Below are positions 36,517 through 46,725 of a DNA stretch of 64,000 nucleotides, piece by piece (position 1 is the first letter of the stretch; every line of letters starts with the position of its first letter). The stretch lies in the NCBI GenBank assembly GCA_052035175.1, contig JBPOHV010000001.1:853251-917250 (forward strand), read 5' to 3'. This stretch comes from a candidate division WWE3 bacterium (GTDB taxonomy: Bacteria > Patescibacteriota > WWE3 > UBA101185 > UBA10185). Made by a program: the position numbers and the translations under genes. Under the pieces are notes generated by a model. The model was not told where the DNA came from and did not search any database. It saw only the letters and a list, made by a program, of their open reading frames with translations.

Positions 36517-37050
36517 TTAAAGTATTATTTCTACATCACTAGGTAGATTTTTTGTGATTATTTCCAGATCTTGAGTTGAGTAATTGTTGCCAGAAATATT
36601 GAGAACTTTTAGCTTCTTTAGATTTCCAAGTTCATAAGGCAAACCAGTAAGCTTGTTATTGGAAAGATCCAAAACTTCAAGATTTTGCAATTGACCTACT
36701 TCAGCAGGTACGCCAGTCAATGCATTATTAGAAGCATCGAGAATACGTAGATTTTGTAGATGGCGCATCTCACCTTGAAATGCACCGCCAATAGAATTGC
36801 CTGAAACATTTAGCTCTTCGAGGTTAGTTTGAGAAAAAACATAATTTGGAATAGATGTAAGATTTTTATTACTCAAGTCTAAAGAATTACTTTTTTTCAC
36901 TGGTGTATCGGTAAGCTTTTCTAACATAGGAATCTCTTGCGATTCCATTGTTGGAGCAACATTGAAAGTTTTTGTAAAGATTTGTTTATAAACAAACCCA
37001 GATAATATAAATACAAGAATTACAAGAATGAAAACATACTTCTTTTGCAT
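36517..37050 (-). CDS. membrane-anchored leucine-rich repeat protein
   Basis: Repeated LxxLxLSxNxLxxLPxxLxxL; N-terminal TM. Confidence 0.9.
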   Translation of the reverse strand: MQKKYVFILVILVFILSGFVYKQIFTKTFNVAPTMESQEIPMLEKLTDTPVKKSNSLDLSNKNLTSIPNYVFSQTNLEELNVSGNSIGGAFQGEMRHLQNLRILDASNNALTGVPAEVGQLQNLEVLDLSNNKLTGLPYELGNLKKLKVLNISGNNYSTQDLEIITKNLPSDVEIIL

Positions 37051-37099
37051 AAATACAGTATACACCTACAGAGAATATTAGTTTGACAGGATGCTCTTT

Positions 37100-38074
37100 T
37101 TAAAAGCTAAAAAAGTCGAGTATCTTAGTAATGATGGTTTTGTCAGTTCTTAATAAATCACCTGTCTGTGTATCATAATAAGCAACAGATGGTAACTCCA
37201 GATTAATAACACCAAAAAGCTTTTCTGACTTTTTAGCATTTACTTTATACTCAAGCTTCATATCTTCTGAGCTGTCATCATTCTCTTCAGATTCAATTTC
37301 TATTTCTGAAACAGTAGCTACGTCATCAGAAAGTGCAATTTTATCAAGAATGGTTTGTGGCATTACACCAAGCATAACTTCACCTTTTGGTGTTTGAACA
37401 TAAACATTGCCATCTGCTTCGTCTAAAAATAATGGGAAATTAGTAAGTCCTTTTGTGCCTTCGCTCTTAATTAGTACTTTTGAATTTTCGACACGAACCT
37501 TAAGTTTATTGCCATCACTATCTTCTGATTCAGTTTCTATACCCTCATCGCTAGATTCACTTTTTTCTTCTTTCACAAGTTTGCCAAAGCTATTGTATGT
37601 TTTTGATTCAATCTTGATCTTATCTCCTTCAATTTCTTTTTTTACAATAGAATACGTACCATCAGCATTTTGGACTTTTTCTTCTGATTTCTGTTTAGTA
37701 GAGGCTATAAAATCATCGTCAGACTCATCCTCTATTTCAAGCTCATTTTCTATTTCGTCTTTATTATCATCCTCGTCATTATCTTCATCTTTATTATTGT
37801 TGTCATTATCGTTGTCGTCAGAATCCTCATCCTCATCGCTATCATTGTCATCACTGTCTTCATCGTCATTTTTATCTTCATCTTTATCCTCATCCTCGTC
37901 ATCATCATTACTACTACCAGAACTCAAAACACTGCCCTTATCTGCAGATGCTTTTGTTGAAATAAAAGTAGATATGCCCAAAAAGCCTAGTAATAGCAAT
38001 AAAATTGGTAAGTGTAAAACATAAAGTACGATAGACTTGGATTTTTTTATTTTTTGATTGTTTGGAAATATCAT
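37100..38074 (-). CDS. exported protein with long Asp/Glu-rich low-complexity tract
   Basis: TM, ~65-aa D/E/N tract, C-terminal KLFG...I.D.FSF. Confidence 0.75.
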   Translation of the reverse strand: MIFPNNQKIKKSKSIVLYVLHLPILLLLLGFLGISTFISTKASADKGSVLSSGSSNDDDEDEDKDEDKNDDEDSDDNDSDEDEDSDDNDNDNNNKDEDNDEDDNKDEIENELEIEDESDDDFIASTKQKSEEKVQNADGTYSIVKKEIEGDKIKIESKTYNSFGKLVKEEKSESSDEGIETESEDSDGNKLKVRVENSKVLIKSEGTKGLTNFPLFLDEADGNVYVQTPKGEVMLGVMPQTILDKIALSDDVATVSEIEIESEENDDSSEDMKLEYKVNAKKSEKLFGVINLELPSVAYYDTQTGDLLRTDKTIITKILDFFSF

Positions 38075-38153
38075 ATATAAATATGATCGACTTATTAAAG
38101 ATCGTTGTCAAATGCACATTACAAACCAAATACGTGTTGATATAATCCCACAT

Positions 38154-38840
38154 ATGAAAATTATTTTTTTAAACATTTATGGAAATACTGTCAAAGATCT
38201 TCCAGAAGCATTCATAAAAGAACATAAAAGTGATACCGATATTTTTTGCTTGCAAGAATCATACGAAAAAACAAAATGGTTATTAAGAAATATATTAAAC
38301 GATTACACAATGATTGCAGACTATAAGTATATTAATGACGATGAAAACTTTCCACAGACTACTTACATAAAAAAAGGTATTGAAATAAAAGAAACGCAAA
38401 CTATTTTAAAAGACGCTCCAGAGACAGGATTAGCATTGCACACACAAATAGTTTATAGCGGGAAATTATTGAACGTATGTAATGTACATGGAATTGCAAA
38501 ACCAGGAGACAAACTAGATAACAACGGTAGAGTACAGCAATCACAAGCAATTATAAATTTTTATCAAAGCATTGATGGTATAAAAATAATTGGGGGAGAT
38601 TTTAATTTAGAAGCAACAACTAAGTCTGTAAATCTTTTTGAAGAAAATGGATATAAGAACTTAATAAAAGATTTTTCTATTGATACTACTCGCAATAGGT
38701 TAGTTTGGGAAAAATACCCAGATAGTATTCAATATTTTTCTGATTATGTGTTTGTTGATCCAAACGTTAAAGTACAATCTTTTGAGGTACCAAAAAATGA
38801 GATATCTGATCATTTACCCATGATACTTAACATAGAGTGA
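38154..38840 (+). CDS. endonuclease/exonuclease/phosphatase family protein
   Basis: FLN, DIFCLQE, NVHG, GGDFN, DYVF, SDHLP; start ATG 38154. Confidence 0.9.
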   Translation: MKIIFLNIYGNTVKDLPEAFIKEHKSDTDIFCLQESYEKTKWLLRNILNDYTMIADYKYINDDENFPQTTYIKKGIEIKETQTILKDAPETGLALHTQIVYSGKLLNVCNVHGIAKPGDKLDNNGRVQQSQAIINFYQSIDGIKIIGGDFNLEATTKSVNLFEENGYKNLIKDFSIDTTRNRLVWEKYPDSIQYFSDYVFVDPNVKVQSFEVPKNEISDHLPMILNIE

Positions 38841-38870
38841 TCAGAAGCATTTATTGGTATAATGATTTAT

Positions 38871-39488
38871 ATGAATTACTCTACTTTAGCAAATCAAGAA
38901 TCATTACAAAAAACAACACAAGCACTTCAAGAAAAAGGATATGTGGTTGACGTTGTAAAAACTGGTGCAGAAGCATTGGAAAAAATTAAAATGCTTATTC
39001 CAGAAAATGCTAGTGTAATGAATGGATCTTCGGTCACTTTAGAAACAATTGGATTTGTAGATTATTTAAAAAGTGATCAACACAGATGGAATAATTTGCA
39101 CGCAGCAATAGTTGCAGAACAAGACCCTGCAAAACAAGCTCATTTGCGTAAACAAGCAGAGCTGTCTGATTATTATTTAGGAAGTGTCCACGCACTCGTA
39201 GAAACTGGCGAATTTGTAATCGCATCAAATACAGGAAGTCAATTACCACACGTTGTGTATACATCACCTAATCTTATATTTGTAGTTAGTACAAAAAAGA
39301 TCGTTGCAGACCTTACGAACGCAATGAATAGATTGCACGAGTACATCATGCCATTAGAAGATCAACATATGAAAGAAAAATATAACGTAGGAACAGCTGC
39401 AAATAAAGTTTTGATATTCAATGGTGAAAATCCAATGTTCCAACGCAAAATTAACTTCATCTTAGTAGAAGAAAGTTTAGGATTTTAA
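38871..39488 (+). CDS. LUD-domain (lactate utilisation-like) protein
   Basis: GSSVTL, YLGSVHAL, ASNTGSQL, KIV, E.LGF. Confidence 0.8.
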   Translation: MNYSTLANQESLQKTTQALQEKGYVVDVVKTGAEALEKIKMLIPENASVMNGSSVTLETIGFVDYLKSDQHRWNNLHAAIVAEQDPAKQAHLRKQAELSDYYLGSVHALVETGEFVIASNTGSQLPHVVYTSPNLIFVVSTKKIVADLTNAMNRLHEYIMPLEDQHMKEKYNVGTAANKVLIFNGENPMFQRKINFILVEESLGF

Positions 39489-39502
39489 TAGAAAGGATTT
39501 TT

Positions 39503-39895
39503 ATGAACAGAGTAGTACATTTCGAAATACACGCAGACAATACAGAACGTGCTATAAAATTTTATCAAGACGTTTTTGGATGGACTTTTGAACAATGGGG
39601 TGACAATAAATATTGGATGATAATGACAGCACCAAAAGATAGCACCGAACTTGGAATAAATGGTGGATTGTTACAAAGATCAGGTCAAACACCTGCGCGT
39701 GACCAAAGCGCAAATGCTTATGTATGCACTATGGAAGTGGCAGATTTTGACGCTACTGCAGAAAAAATATTGGCTGCTGGCGGAAGCGTTGCAACTCCTA
39801 AATATGCGTTAGTGGGTATGGCATGGCAAGGGTATTTCTTGGATACTGAAGGCAATACTTTTGGTGTTCATCATCCTGACGTAAACGCTAAATAA
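39503..39895 (+). CDS. VOC/glyoxalase family protein
   Basis: VVHFEIHADNTERAIKFY, GINGG, DTEGNTFG. Confidence 0.9.
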   Translation: MNRVVHFEIHADNTERAIKFYQDVFGWTFEQWGDNKYWMIMTAPKDSTELGINGGLLQRSGQTPARDQSANAYVCTMEVADFDATAEKILAAGGSVATPKYALVGMAWQGYFLDTEGNTFGVHHPDVNAK

Positions 39896-39924
39896 TATGA
39901 ATTAAAATTGGGAACATAGAATAA

Positions 39925-40464
39925 ATGCAATCACTAATACCTTTACAGTCAAACTTAGAAATGACGAGTACATCGCAGCAAGAACGATTAAAACAAGACT
40001 TTGTATATAAAGCCACTAGTGTATTACACAAACTAGAAGGTGAATTAGTGGTCACCACAGAGACACCTACTGTAACACTTATAATTGCCGACAGCGATAA
40101 TGGGAAGTTCAAAAATACTATGCTCGGCTTTTGTATGAGAAGACTGCGCGTGCTTACAGAAGGAGAACACGCGGAAGGCCCAGCAAAACATGCAGCAAGC
40201 ATAATGCAAGTTTTTGGACGGCTTGCAAAAGATTTACCAGAAAAGATTCCATTGTATTTCAAAGACTACGTAAAAAATCCAGATATATATGGCTATGTTG
40301 AAGATAAATACTACTGGCCAGATGGAACTATAGAAAGGTATCAAGATGAAATTGAACCTATAATAGTTTATACACTTGAGAAGTACACAATTGATAATCC
40401 GCCAACTGGTGATTTTCAACAACTAAAAACCGAATACAAGGCTCGCCAAAAAGTGGCGCAATAA
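39925..40464 (+). CDS. hypothetical protein
   Basis: 179-aa ORF. Confidence 0.55.
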   Translation: MQSLIPLQSNLEMTSTSQQERLKQDFVYKATSVLHKLEGELVVTTETPTVTLIIADSDNGKFKNTMLGFCMRRLRVLTEGEHAEGPAKHAASIMQVFGRLAKDLPEKIPLYFKDYVKNPDIYGYVEDKYYWPDGTIERYQDEIEPIIVYTLEKYTIDNPPTGDFQQLKTEYKARQKVAQ

Positions 40465-40502
40465 ATGCTACTGCTTTAGTAGGGATAGCGATACACATAA
40501 AA

Positions 40503-41261
40503 CTACTCAAGTGCATCTTTTAATAAAGACATTTGCATTGCAGATAATTGTGTACTAATGCTTGTGTCAAATGTTGCAGAACCTGCACGACGTTCTTGTA
40601 TAGTACTATCACTTGAATATTTCGTATAAAAAGATGCACGTGGTTCTTTAATAAGTCTATCTGAGTTTCCGACCATAGAATTAAAATCTGTACGTTTAGC
40701 ATAACCGCCTAGGCTAGCTGTTACATCTTCTTGTAGCAAAAGCTCTTTGTAACCAGAGTGCTCTAGTGTAGCTAAACTAAGAGCTAAAAAAGTTTGTGGA
40801 AAATAACCATTTCTATATGACTCAGCTACAAAGAATCCCAATGATACCGTGGATATGTTTCCAGCTTCAGATAAAATATCAGAAAATTTATTTGTTGCAT
40901 GCCCAGAGGCAAAACTCCTGTATGTACCATTATGACACCTTGCCTGTTGTAGATTTGGGATAAGCGCAACGTCTAATACTCCAGCTGGTATATGTTTACC
41001 ATCTGGTGCAAGCTCATACGTATAAAATAAAACTCGATCATGCGATCGAAATCTTTGTGTATGATCATAGTTAACTGCAGTCATATCAAATTGTTTAAGC
41101 TCTCTGCTTATTTCTTGCTTATTCAATCTATACCGATTACGTATAACTGGAATACTATTATTAAAATTTAACTTGTGACCATCAAATTTTGCTAACTCAG
41201 CAATTTGCTGATACCTATCTACAATGTTGGTTTCTAAAGTCATTTTATCCAAAGATTGCAT
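40503..41261 (-). CDS. hypothetical protein, degenerate GNAT-like motif
   Basis: FFVAESYRNGYFPQTFLALSL...SGYKELLL; TATAAT 6 nt before ATG. Confidence 0.55.
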   Translation of the reverse strand: MQSLDKMTLETNIVDRYQQIAELAKFDGHKLNFNNSIPVIRNRYRLNKQEISRELKQFDMTAVNYDHTQRFRSHDRVLFYTYELAPDGKHIPAGVLDVALIPNLQQARCHNGTYRSFASGHATNKFSDILSEAGNISTVSLGFFVAESYRNGYFPQTFLALSLATLEHSGYKELLLQEDVTASLGGYAKRTDFNSMVGNSDRLIKEPRASFYTKYSSDSTIQERRAGSATFDTSISTQLSAMQMSLLKDALE

Positions 41262-41306
41262 AGGGAGATTATAAAACTATAATGACAATCATCTCAAGAA
41301 ACCTCA

Positions 41307-41335
41307 TTGCTTTAGTAGAACTACTCTTGTACGAT
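41307..41335 (+). promoter_or_regulatory. sigma70 promoter
   Basis: TTGCTT-17 nt-TACGAT. Confidence 0.55.
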
Positions 41336-41370
41336 CAGAAAAATCACTAATCAAAAGGAGACTTTTAAAA

Positions 41371-41604
41371 ATGAACAACTTCCCAAGTTTTATCTTGGCA
41401 TGCGCCGGCAGCGCATGCCTAATACCTGGGCTGCTTTATGCAGTGCCAGGGGTTTTTTATATCTTGGCAAACTTTGCGGAGTTTGCTGAGATAGACAGCG
41501 AAACCCCCATATCCAAAGTAGTGGGGTTATTTGTTTTGCTTTGGATCGGATGGCCTTTCATGGCCATGAGAGCGTGGCTAAAACGCCACGGGCATTGGAC
41601 ATGA
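41371..41604 (+). CDS. orphan 2-TM small protein (cassette-type unit)
   Basis: AAGGAG RBS 41355; GC-richer than flanks; 3' hairpin. Confidence 0.65.
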   Translation: MNNFPSFILACAGSACLIPGLLYAVPGVFYILANFAEFAEIDSETPISKVVGLFVLLWIGWPFMAMRAWLKRHGHWT

Positions 41605-41615
41605 GCAGCTAACTA

Positions 41616-41643
41616 TGGCGGCGCTTCGCACGAAGCGCCGCTA
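41616..41643 (+). terminator. GC-rich 3' hairpin
   Basis: TGGCGGCGCTTCG-CA-CGAAGCGCCGCTA. Confidence 0.6.
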
Positions 41644-41723
41644 AGCTCCCACTGAATAAAAGGTGTATCTGAGAGACGTCCCAACCTCTCTCTTAATAAA
41701 CACACCCATGATAAGATTTATAC

Positions 41724-42857
41724 GTGAAAATTCTTATACTAAACTGGCGCTCTATAAAAGACCCACTCGAAGGCGGAGCAGAACGCGCAACATATGAATT
41801 TGCAAAAAGATGGATAAATACAAACAATGCAGAAGTTTTCTGGATTTCCCCACCCTACAACAATAATATAAAATCAGAAACAATAGACGGCATTAATTTT
41901 GATTATGTAGGAGTCCCACTGACAAGAAATGTCATACAACTCTTGTGGGCATTTCCATTTTTTTACATATCATGCGCAATAAGATATCTAACAAAGTATA
42001 AAAATAAAATTGATGTTGTTATAGATCAAGCACACGGTATACCATATCTAACACCTCTTTATGTGAAAGAAAAAAAAGTAGTGTATATACACGAAGTTGC
42101 AGGAACAATTTGGAATATTATGTATCCTTTACCTATTAAGCTCTTGGGGCATTTAAGTGAGAAAATTATCTTCCCTATTTACAACCATTACAAAATTAAA
42201 TTCATAGCAAACTCGCCAAGTACTTATAACGATCTAATCAACGTATTTAAATTAGATAAAAATAATATAAAAATAATTCCTTACGGAGTTACAGCGCCGC
42301 TTATAGATAAACCACAAACAAAAGCACAAGATTTAACAATAATTTATATAAACAGACTTGTAAAAATGAAAGGAATAGAACGATGCCTGGTAATCTTTTC
42401 AAAGATATTACAAAAGCAACCATCGGCAAAGTTACTTGTGCTAGGTCGTGGTGAAGATGCGTATGTGCAAGAACTAAAATCGCAAGCAAACAAATTGGGT
42501 ATTACGCATAAGGTAGAATTTTTGGGACACATTGATGGTCAAGAGAAATTTGATTTATTAGCCAAATCGCATGTTTTAATAAATGCAAGTTATTTAGAAG
42601 GTTGGGGACTTGTAAATATAGAAGCCAATCGTATGGGAACACCTGTAGTAGCATTTAAAGTAAAAGGGTGCGTTGACTCTGTACAAGATGGTATAAGCGG
42701 TTACCTATCAGTAGACAACGATTTGGAAGATATGACCAATAATATTTTGAGAATTCACAACAACATACAGCTGCAACAATCCTCGATTGATTATGCTAAA
42801 CAATTTGATTGGGATTTACAAGCACATGTTTTTTATGAATATCTCACTACTATTTAG
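41724..42857 (+). CDS. glycosyltransferase family 4
   Basis: GGAE, RLVKMKG, EGWGLVNIEA...GTPVV. Confidence 0.9.
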   Translation: MKILILNWRSIKDPLEGGAERATYEFAKRWINTNNAEVFWISPPYNNNIKSETIDGINFDYVGVPLTRNVIQLLWAFPFFYISCAIRYLTKYKNKIDVVIDQAHGIPYLTPLYVKEKKVVYIHEVAGTIWNIMYPLPIKLLGHLSEKIIFPIYNHYKIKFIANSPSTYNDLINVFKLDKNNIKIIPYGVTAPLIDKPQTKAQDLTIIYINRLVKMKGIERCLVIFSKILQKQPSAKLLVLGRGEDAYVQELKSQANKLGITHKVEFLGHIDGQEKFDLLAKSHVLINASYLEGWGLVNIEANRMGTPVVAFKVKGCVDSVQDGISGYLSVDNDLEDMTNNILRIHNNIQLQQSSIDYAKQFDWDLQAHVFYEYLTTI

Positions 42858-43599
42858 AATCTTTTGATGCGCACTCTACAACTAACAAATTTGCAAAACA
42901 CCCAAAGAATTTGAGTTCAAGACTACAAAGTAATTTTGACAACCTTCTCGAAGGAAATAAAAAAGACAGCATGTTAAATGAGCCAATAGTATTTACTTCA
43001 TAACCCAGGTCTTGCAAAATCTTTTGTGTATTAGTTTTATGAAACTTTGCTAAATGCTGCGACCCCGCAAACTTTGGCACAAACGTAACTAAGTCGAGAA
43101 ACCACTCTATTAATACCCATGGACTTTTGTAATTAGGTGTAATTATCAATAGCTTACCGTTTGGATTTAATAAAGATTTGAGGTTTGACACAACACGTGT
43201 AGAATCTTGTATCGGCAAATGCTCAATAACATCGATCATAACAATCAAATCAAACTTCCCAATATCAAGCGTTGTATCGACTGTTCTTATATCAGCAACA
43301 TGAAGTGATACGTTATCTAGATTTAAATCTTGCAGCCTGCTTTTCAAAAAAGCTATTGCCTCATCATTATAATCAACACCTACTATCTCTTTACATCTAG
43401 TTGCGAATTCAAATTCAAAATTACCGCTGCCAGTCCCCAAATCAAGTATACGGCTTTCTGGAGTTATACTCACCAAAGCATCAACAACAGTCAATTTGTT
43501 CCGATGCCAATTTGCTTGCCAAAAATTTTTACTATTTATAGCCTTGTATTGATAATCGGACGGAATACCTAGTTTTTTTTCTATTATCAAGTCACTCAT
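42850..43599 (-). CDS. class I SAM-dependent methyltransferase
   Basis: ILDLGTGSG, DVIEHL, LNPNG...TPN. Confidence 0.9.
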   Translation of the reverse strand: MSDLIIEKKLGIPSDYQYKAINSKNFWQANWHRNKLTVVDALVSITPESRILDLGTGSGNFEFEFATRCKEIVGVDYNDEAIAFLKSRLQDLNLDNVSLHVADIRTVDTTLDIGKFDLIVMIDVIEHLPIQDSTRVVSNLKSLLNPNGKLLIITPNYKSPWVLIEWFLDLVTFVPKFAGSQHLAKFHKTNTQKILQDLGYEVNTIGSFNMLSFLFPSRRLSKLLCSLELKFFGCFANLLVVECASKDSK

Positions 43600-43628
43600 A
43601 TTGCTATATACTCTGAGTACTATCAGTT

Positions 43629-45881
43629 ATGACTATTAACAAATTTTATACAAAAGCGCATCATCTAATAACTAGCTTTCTTAATAACACAAGCCTAGTT
43701 TATCAGATTCTAATAGTAATGTTTATCTTTTTATTTGCGTTCAAACTGCTAGTGAGAAGAGATTTTGGTGGAGATTTCGTAGTTTATTTCTTGCCTCACT
43801 ATAATTTTATTTTTTCTTCAATAAAATCTGGTGATATACCATTATGGTTTCCGTACTCATACAATGGTCTGCCTGAGATATTCAAATCTGAGCTGGCTAT
43901 GTTTCACCCAATAACACTGCTTGCACTTGTTGCAAACTTGTTAATAAACAAATCGGAAGTAATGAGTTATACAGGAAATATTTTTGAAATCTTATGGTTT
44001 GTATATTTAGCGTTTGGAAGCATAGGAATGTTCAAACTTTGTTCAGAAGTTTTCAAAATAAATCAATTGTGCTCACTTGCGGCAGCATTGATCTTCTCAC
44101 TAAACCCATTGATGCTTGCAAGCATGAATACCACTGTGTTTTTGGGGATAAGCATACTTCCATGGATAATTTATTATCTAGTGCTTATGCTTGAACACCC
44201 GTCATATAAACACATTCTATATTTTATAATATGTAACTATCTTTTATTCGCTGCTGGGTATCCATATTTTTATGTCTATTTCTTATTGTGCCAACTTGGA
44301 CTTGTTATAGCCTATGGGAAAAACAAATTCATACTGTTTATATCTACATACACTATCGCATTTTTATTAGCCGCTTTCTTTTTATTTCCAAACACATATA
44401 TATATTTACAATCTGCACGAAACACATCTCAAAGCGGGTCTTCATTTGAATTATTCACATCTAATATACCGTCACGAATAGTCAATATACTTAACCCAAT
44501 GCCTTTTGGAGAAAGCTACTCTAGACAAGATCCAGCAAGTGTCTTTACGTCAAACGGTGTGAGTTGGGGTACATTTGCTTTAATTTATCTAGCTATTGGA
44601 ATTTCTCAGCTAAAAAAAGATAAATTTTCAATTTGGTTGACTTGTACTTTTTTCATTGCTTTTTTTTACAGTTTTGGCGGATATATGTCATCAAGTCAAT
44701 TTTTTGGAAACTTCATACCATTGATTGATAAATTTAGGTCACATTCAATCGGACTTGTGCTTAGCATGTTCGCAGGTTGTATTTTTATTGCGCAAGGATT
44801 AGAACTCACACTTAATGGAATAAGAAATAAAAATATAGAAATTGGGTTTTGGATAATTATGCTCTTATCTTATATTGGATTATCGGCGATTCCGATTATA
44901 GTTCCTGACTATGCAACTTCCCATTTACAACAAGTGCTGTCATTATCACGTACTGCCTTTTTATTACTTGCTTCATTAATACTATTACATCTAACTGCCG
45001 TAAATAAAACTAAAGCGTTTATAGGCTTAAGTTTGTTATTCATTTTGTTAGAGTGTCATTTCTACTTTACAAATCTAAATGGACATTTTCTTGATACTAC
45101 ATATAACAAATACTATGCAGCAAATTCTCTATTACCAATAAATAAAAATGTCGATGAACTTTACCGCGTATATTTTGATAATAACCAATTTGCATACAAC
45201 ACTGCAAAACACAAAGTTTTCTTATATGCAGGATATGAAACTGTACCATACAGAGGGTGGTATGACTTTCAAAATAAATACGGGTTCAATACATCTCTAG
45301 CATTATCAAATGTAAAGTACATGGTAACAACGAATCCAGCCTGGCACGCACAAAACCCAACTGCAAAACTAATTCGCGACACGGGCCCGTTGGAAAAACC
45401 ACAAGAAACTTTTGTTTCAACGGTTGAAGGACTTCCATACTTATCTGCAAGGTCTCAAAACTCACACTACATTTATGAGCTATCAAATTATTTACCCAGA
45501 TATTTTGCACCCATAAATAGTGACGTTAATAACCTGCATGTAGATATCCAGCAAGAACCAAATCCAAATGTGCAAATAGATATACTTGAATACAAGTCGG
45601 ATATGATAAGAATGCGAGTAACCTCACCAGACAAAACAATAGTGGTAGGATCTGAAACTTATGATAAAGGTTGGCAGCTTACAATTGACGGAAAAGATTC
45701 AAAAGTTTATAAATTTGCAAGTTATTTTAGAGGTTTTATAGTTCCACAAGGAACATCAGAGATACTTATGACCTATCGCATGCCTATGCTAAATTATGGC
45801 ATACTTGTAAGTATAGGAGGTGTAATTACTCTGGCTGCTATATATTTTAATTTTGATAAATTGCGCAAGTATATTTCATGA
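43629..45881 (+). CDS. YfhO-like polytopic membrane protein (GT-C fold)
   Basis: IPLWFPYSYNGLP, many TMs, C-terminal ETYDKGW...FRGFIVPQG. Confidence 0.8.
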   Translation: MTINKFYTKAHHLITSFLNNTSLVYQILIVMFIFLFAFKLLVRRDFGGDFVVYFLPHYNFIFSSIKSGDIPLWFPYSYNGLPEIFKSELAMFHPITLLALVANLLINKSEVMSYTGNIFEILWFVYLAFGSIGMFKLCSEVFKINQLCSLAAALIFSLNPLMLASMNTTVFLGISILPWIIYYLVLMLEHPSYKHILYFIICNYLLFAAGYPYFYVYFLLCQLGLVIAYGKNKFILFISTYTIAFLLAAFFLFPNTYIYLQSARNTSQSGSSFELFTSNIPSRIVNILNPMPFGESYSRQDPASVFTSNGVSWGTFALIYLAIGISQLKKDKFSIWLTCTFFIAFFYSFGGYMSSSQFFGNFIPLIDKFRSHSIGLVLSMFAGCIFIAQGLELTLNGIRNKNIEIGFWIIMLLSYIGLSAIPIIVPDYATSHLQQVLSLSRTAFLLLASLILLHLTAVNKTKAFIGLSLLFILLECHFYFTNLNGHFLDTTYNKYYAANSLLPINKNVDELYRVYFDNNQFAYNTAKHKVFLYAGYETVPYRGWYDFQNKYGFNTSLALSNVKYMVTTNPAWHAQNPTAKLIRDTGPLEKPQETFVSTVEGLPYLSARSQNSHYIYELSNYLPRYFAPINSDVNNLHVDIQQEPNPNVQIDILEYKSDMIRMRVTSPDKTIVVGSETYDKGWQLTIDGKDSKVYKFASYFRGFIVPQGTSEILMTYRMPMLNYGILVSIGGVITLAAIYFNFDKLRKYIS

Positions 45882-46717
45882 AAAAAGTTTCTATAATAGT
45901 TTCTACAAAAAACGAAGAAAAGAATATCAAGCTGCTCTTAGAGTCTATAAAAAAACAGACCTATGAAAACATTGAAACCATAATTGTAGATAATTTTAGT
46001 ACAGACAAAACACAAGAAATAGCTAAGCAATACACACCAAACGTTTATGTGATTGGGCCAGAACGTAGCGTACAACGTAACGAGGGTGTGAATAGAAGTA
46101 CAGGCGATTATTTATTGATACTAGACGCAGATATGCAACTTGATCCGACAGTAGTTGAAGATTGTATTCTGCTGATACAAAACAAACCGCACGTCAAAGC
46201 AATAATAATTCCAGAACTCTCATTTGGTGAGGGCTATTGGGCTCAATGCAAAGCACTAGAACGAAATTGTTATCTAGATGACACTGGTACAATCTATGCC
46301 CCTAGATTTTTTGATAAAAAAATATATTTAGCTGTAGGAGGATTTAACCCTGCAATGATATCTGGAGAAGATTGGGATTTACGCAATAGAATACTAAAAT
46401 CCGGACATAGTATAGATAAGATTAGTAGCATCATCCACCATAATGAAGGAAAAAGAAGTTTATATGAAATACTAAAAAAGAAATATTATTATGCACAAAA
46501 TGCCGATGAATATATTACTAATAATGTGCAAGGAATAAAAGATATAATAGTATACGTGATCAGACCCGCACTCTACAAAAACATTGGTATGCTGATAAAG
46601 CACCCACGTCATATGCCTGGAGTTTTTCTTATGGTTTATCTAGAATTTTTAGTAGGAGGGTTTGCTGCAATTGTTTTTAAAAAAGCATTTTGGAAAAAAG
46701 TCTTTAACTTGAAATAA
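45878..46717 (+). CDS. glycosyltransferase family 2
   Basis: VSIIV, VDNFSTDKT, LDAD, GEDWDL. Confidence 0.9.
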   Translation: MKKVSIIVSTKNEEKNIKLLLESIKKQTYENIETIIVDNFSTDKTQEIAKQYTPNVYVIGPERSVQRNEGVNRSTGDYLLILDADMQLDPTVVEDCILLIQNKPHVKAIIIPELSFGEGYWAQCKALERNCYLDDTGTIYAPRFFDKKIYLAVGGFNPAMISGEDWDLRNRILKSGHSIDKISSIIHHNEGKRSLYEILKKKYYYAQNADEYITNNVQGIKDIIVYVIRPALYKNIGMLIKHPRHMPGVFLMVYLEFLVGGFAAIVFKKAFWKKVFNLK

Positions 46718-46725
46718 AATTTGAT

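Noticed and set aside
37700-37910. Repetitive TCATC/TCGTC tract as a possible CRISPR or tandem repeat
   Set aside because: It is low-complexity Asp/Glu coding sequence with no fixed repeat-spacer period.
37407-38024. 205-aa Ser-rich + strand ORF
   Set aside because: Antisense shadow of the Asp/Glu-rich gene 37100-38074.
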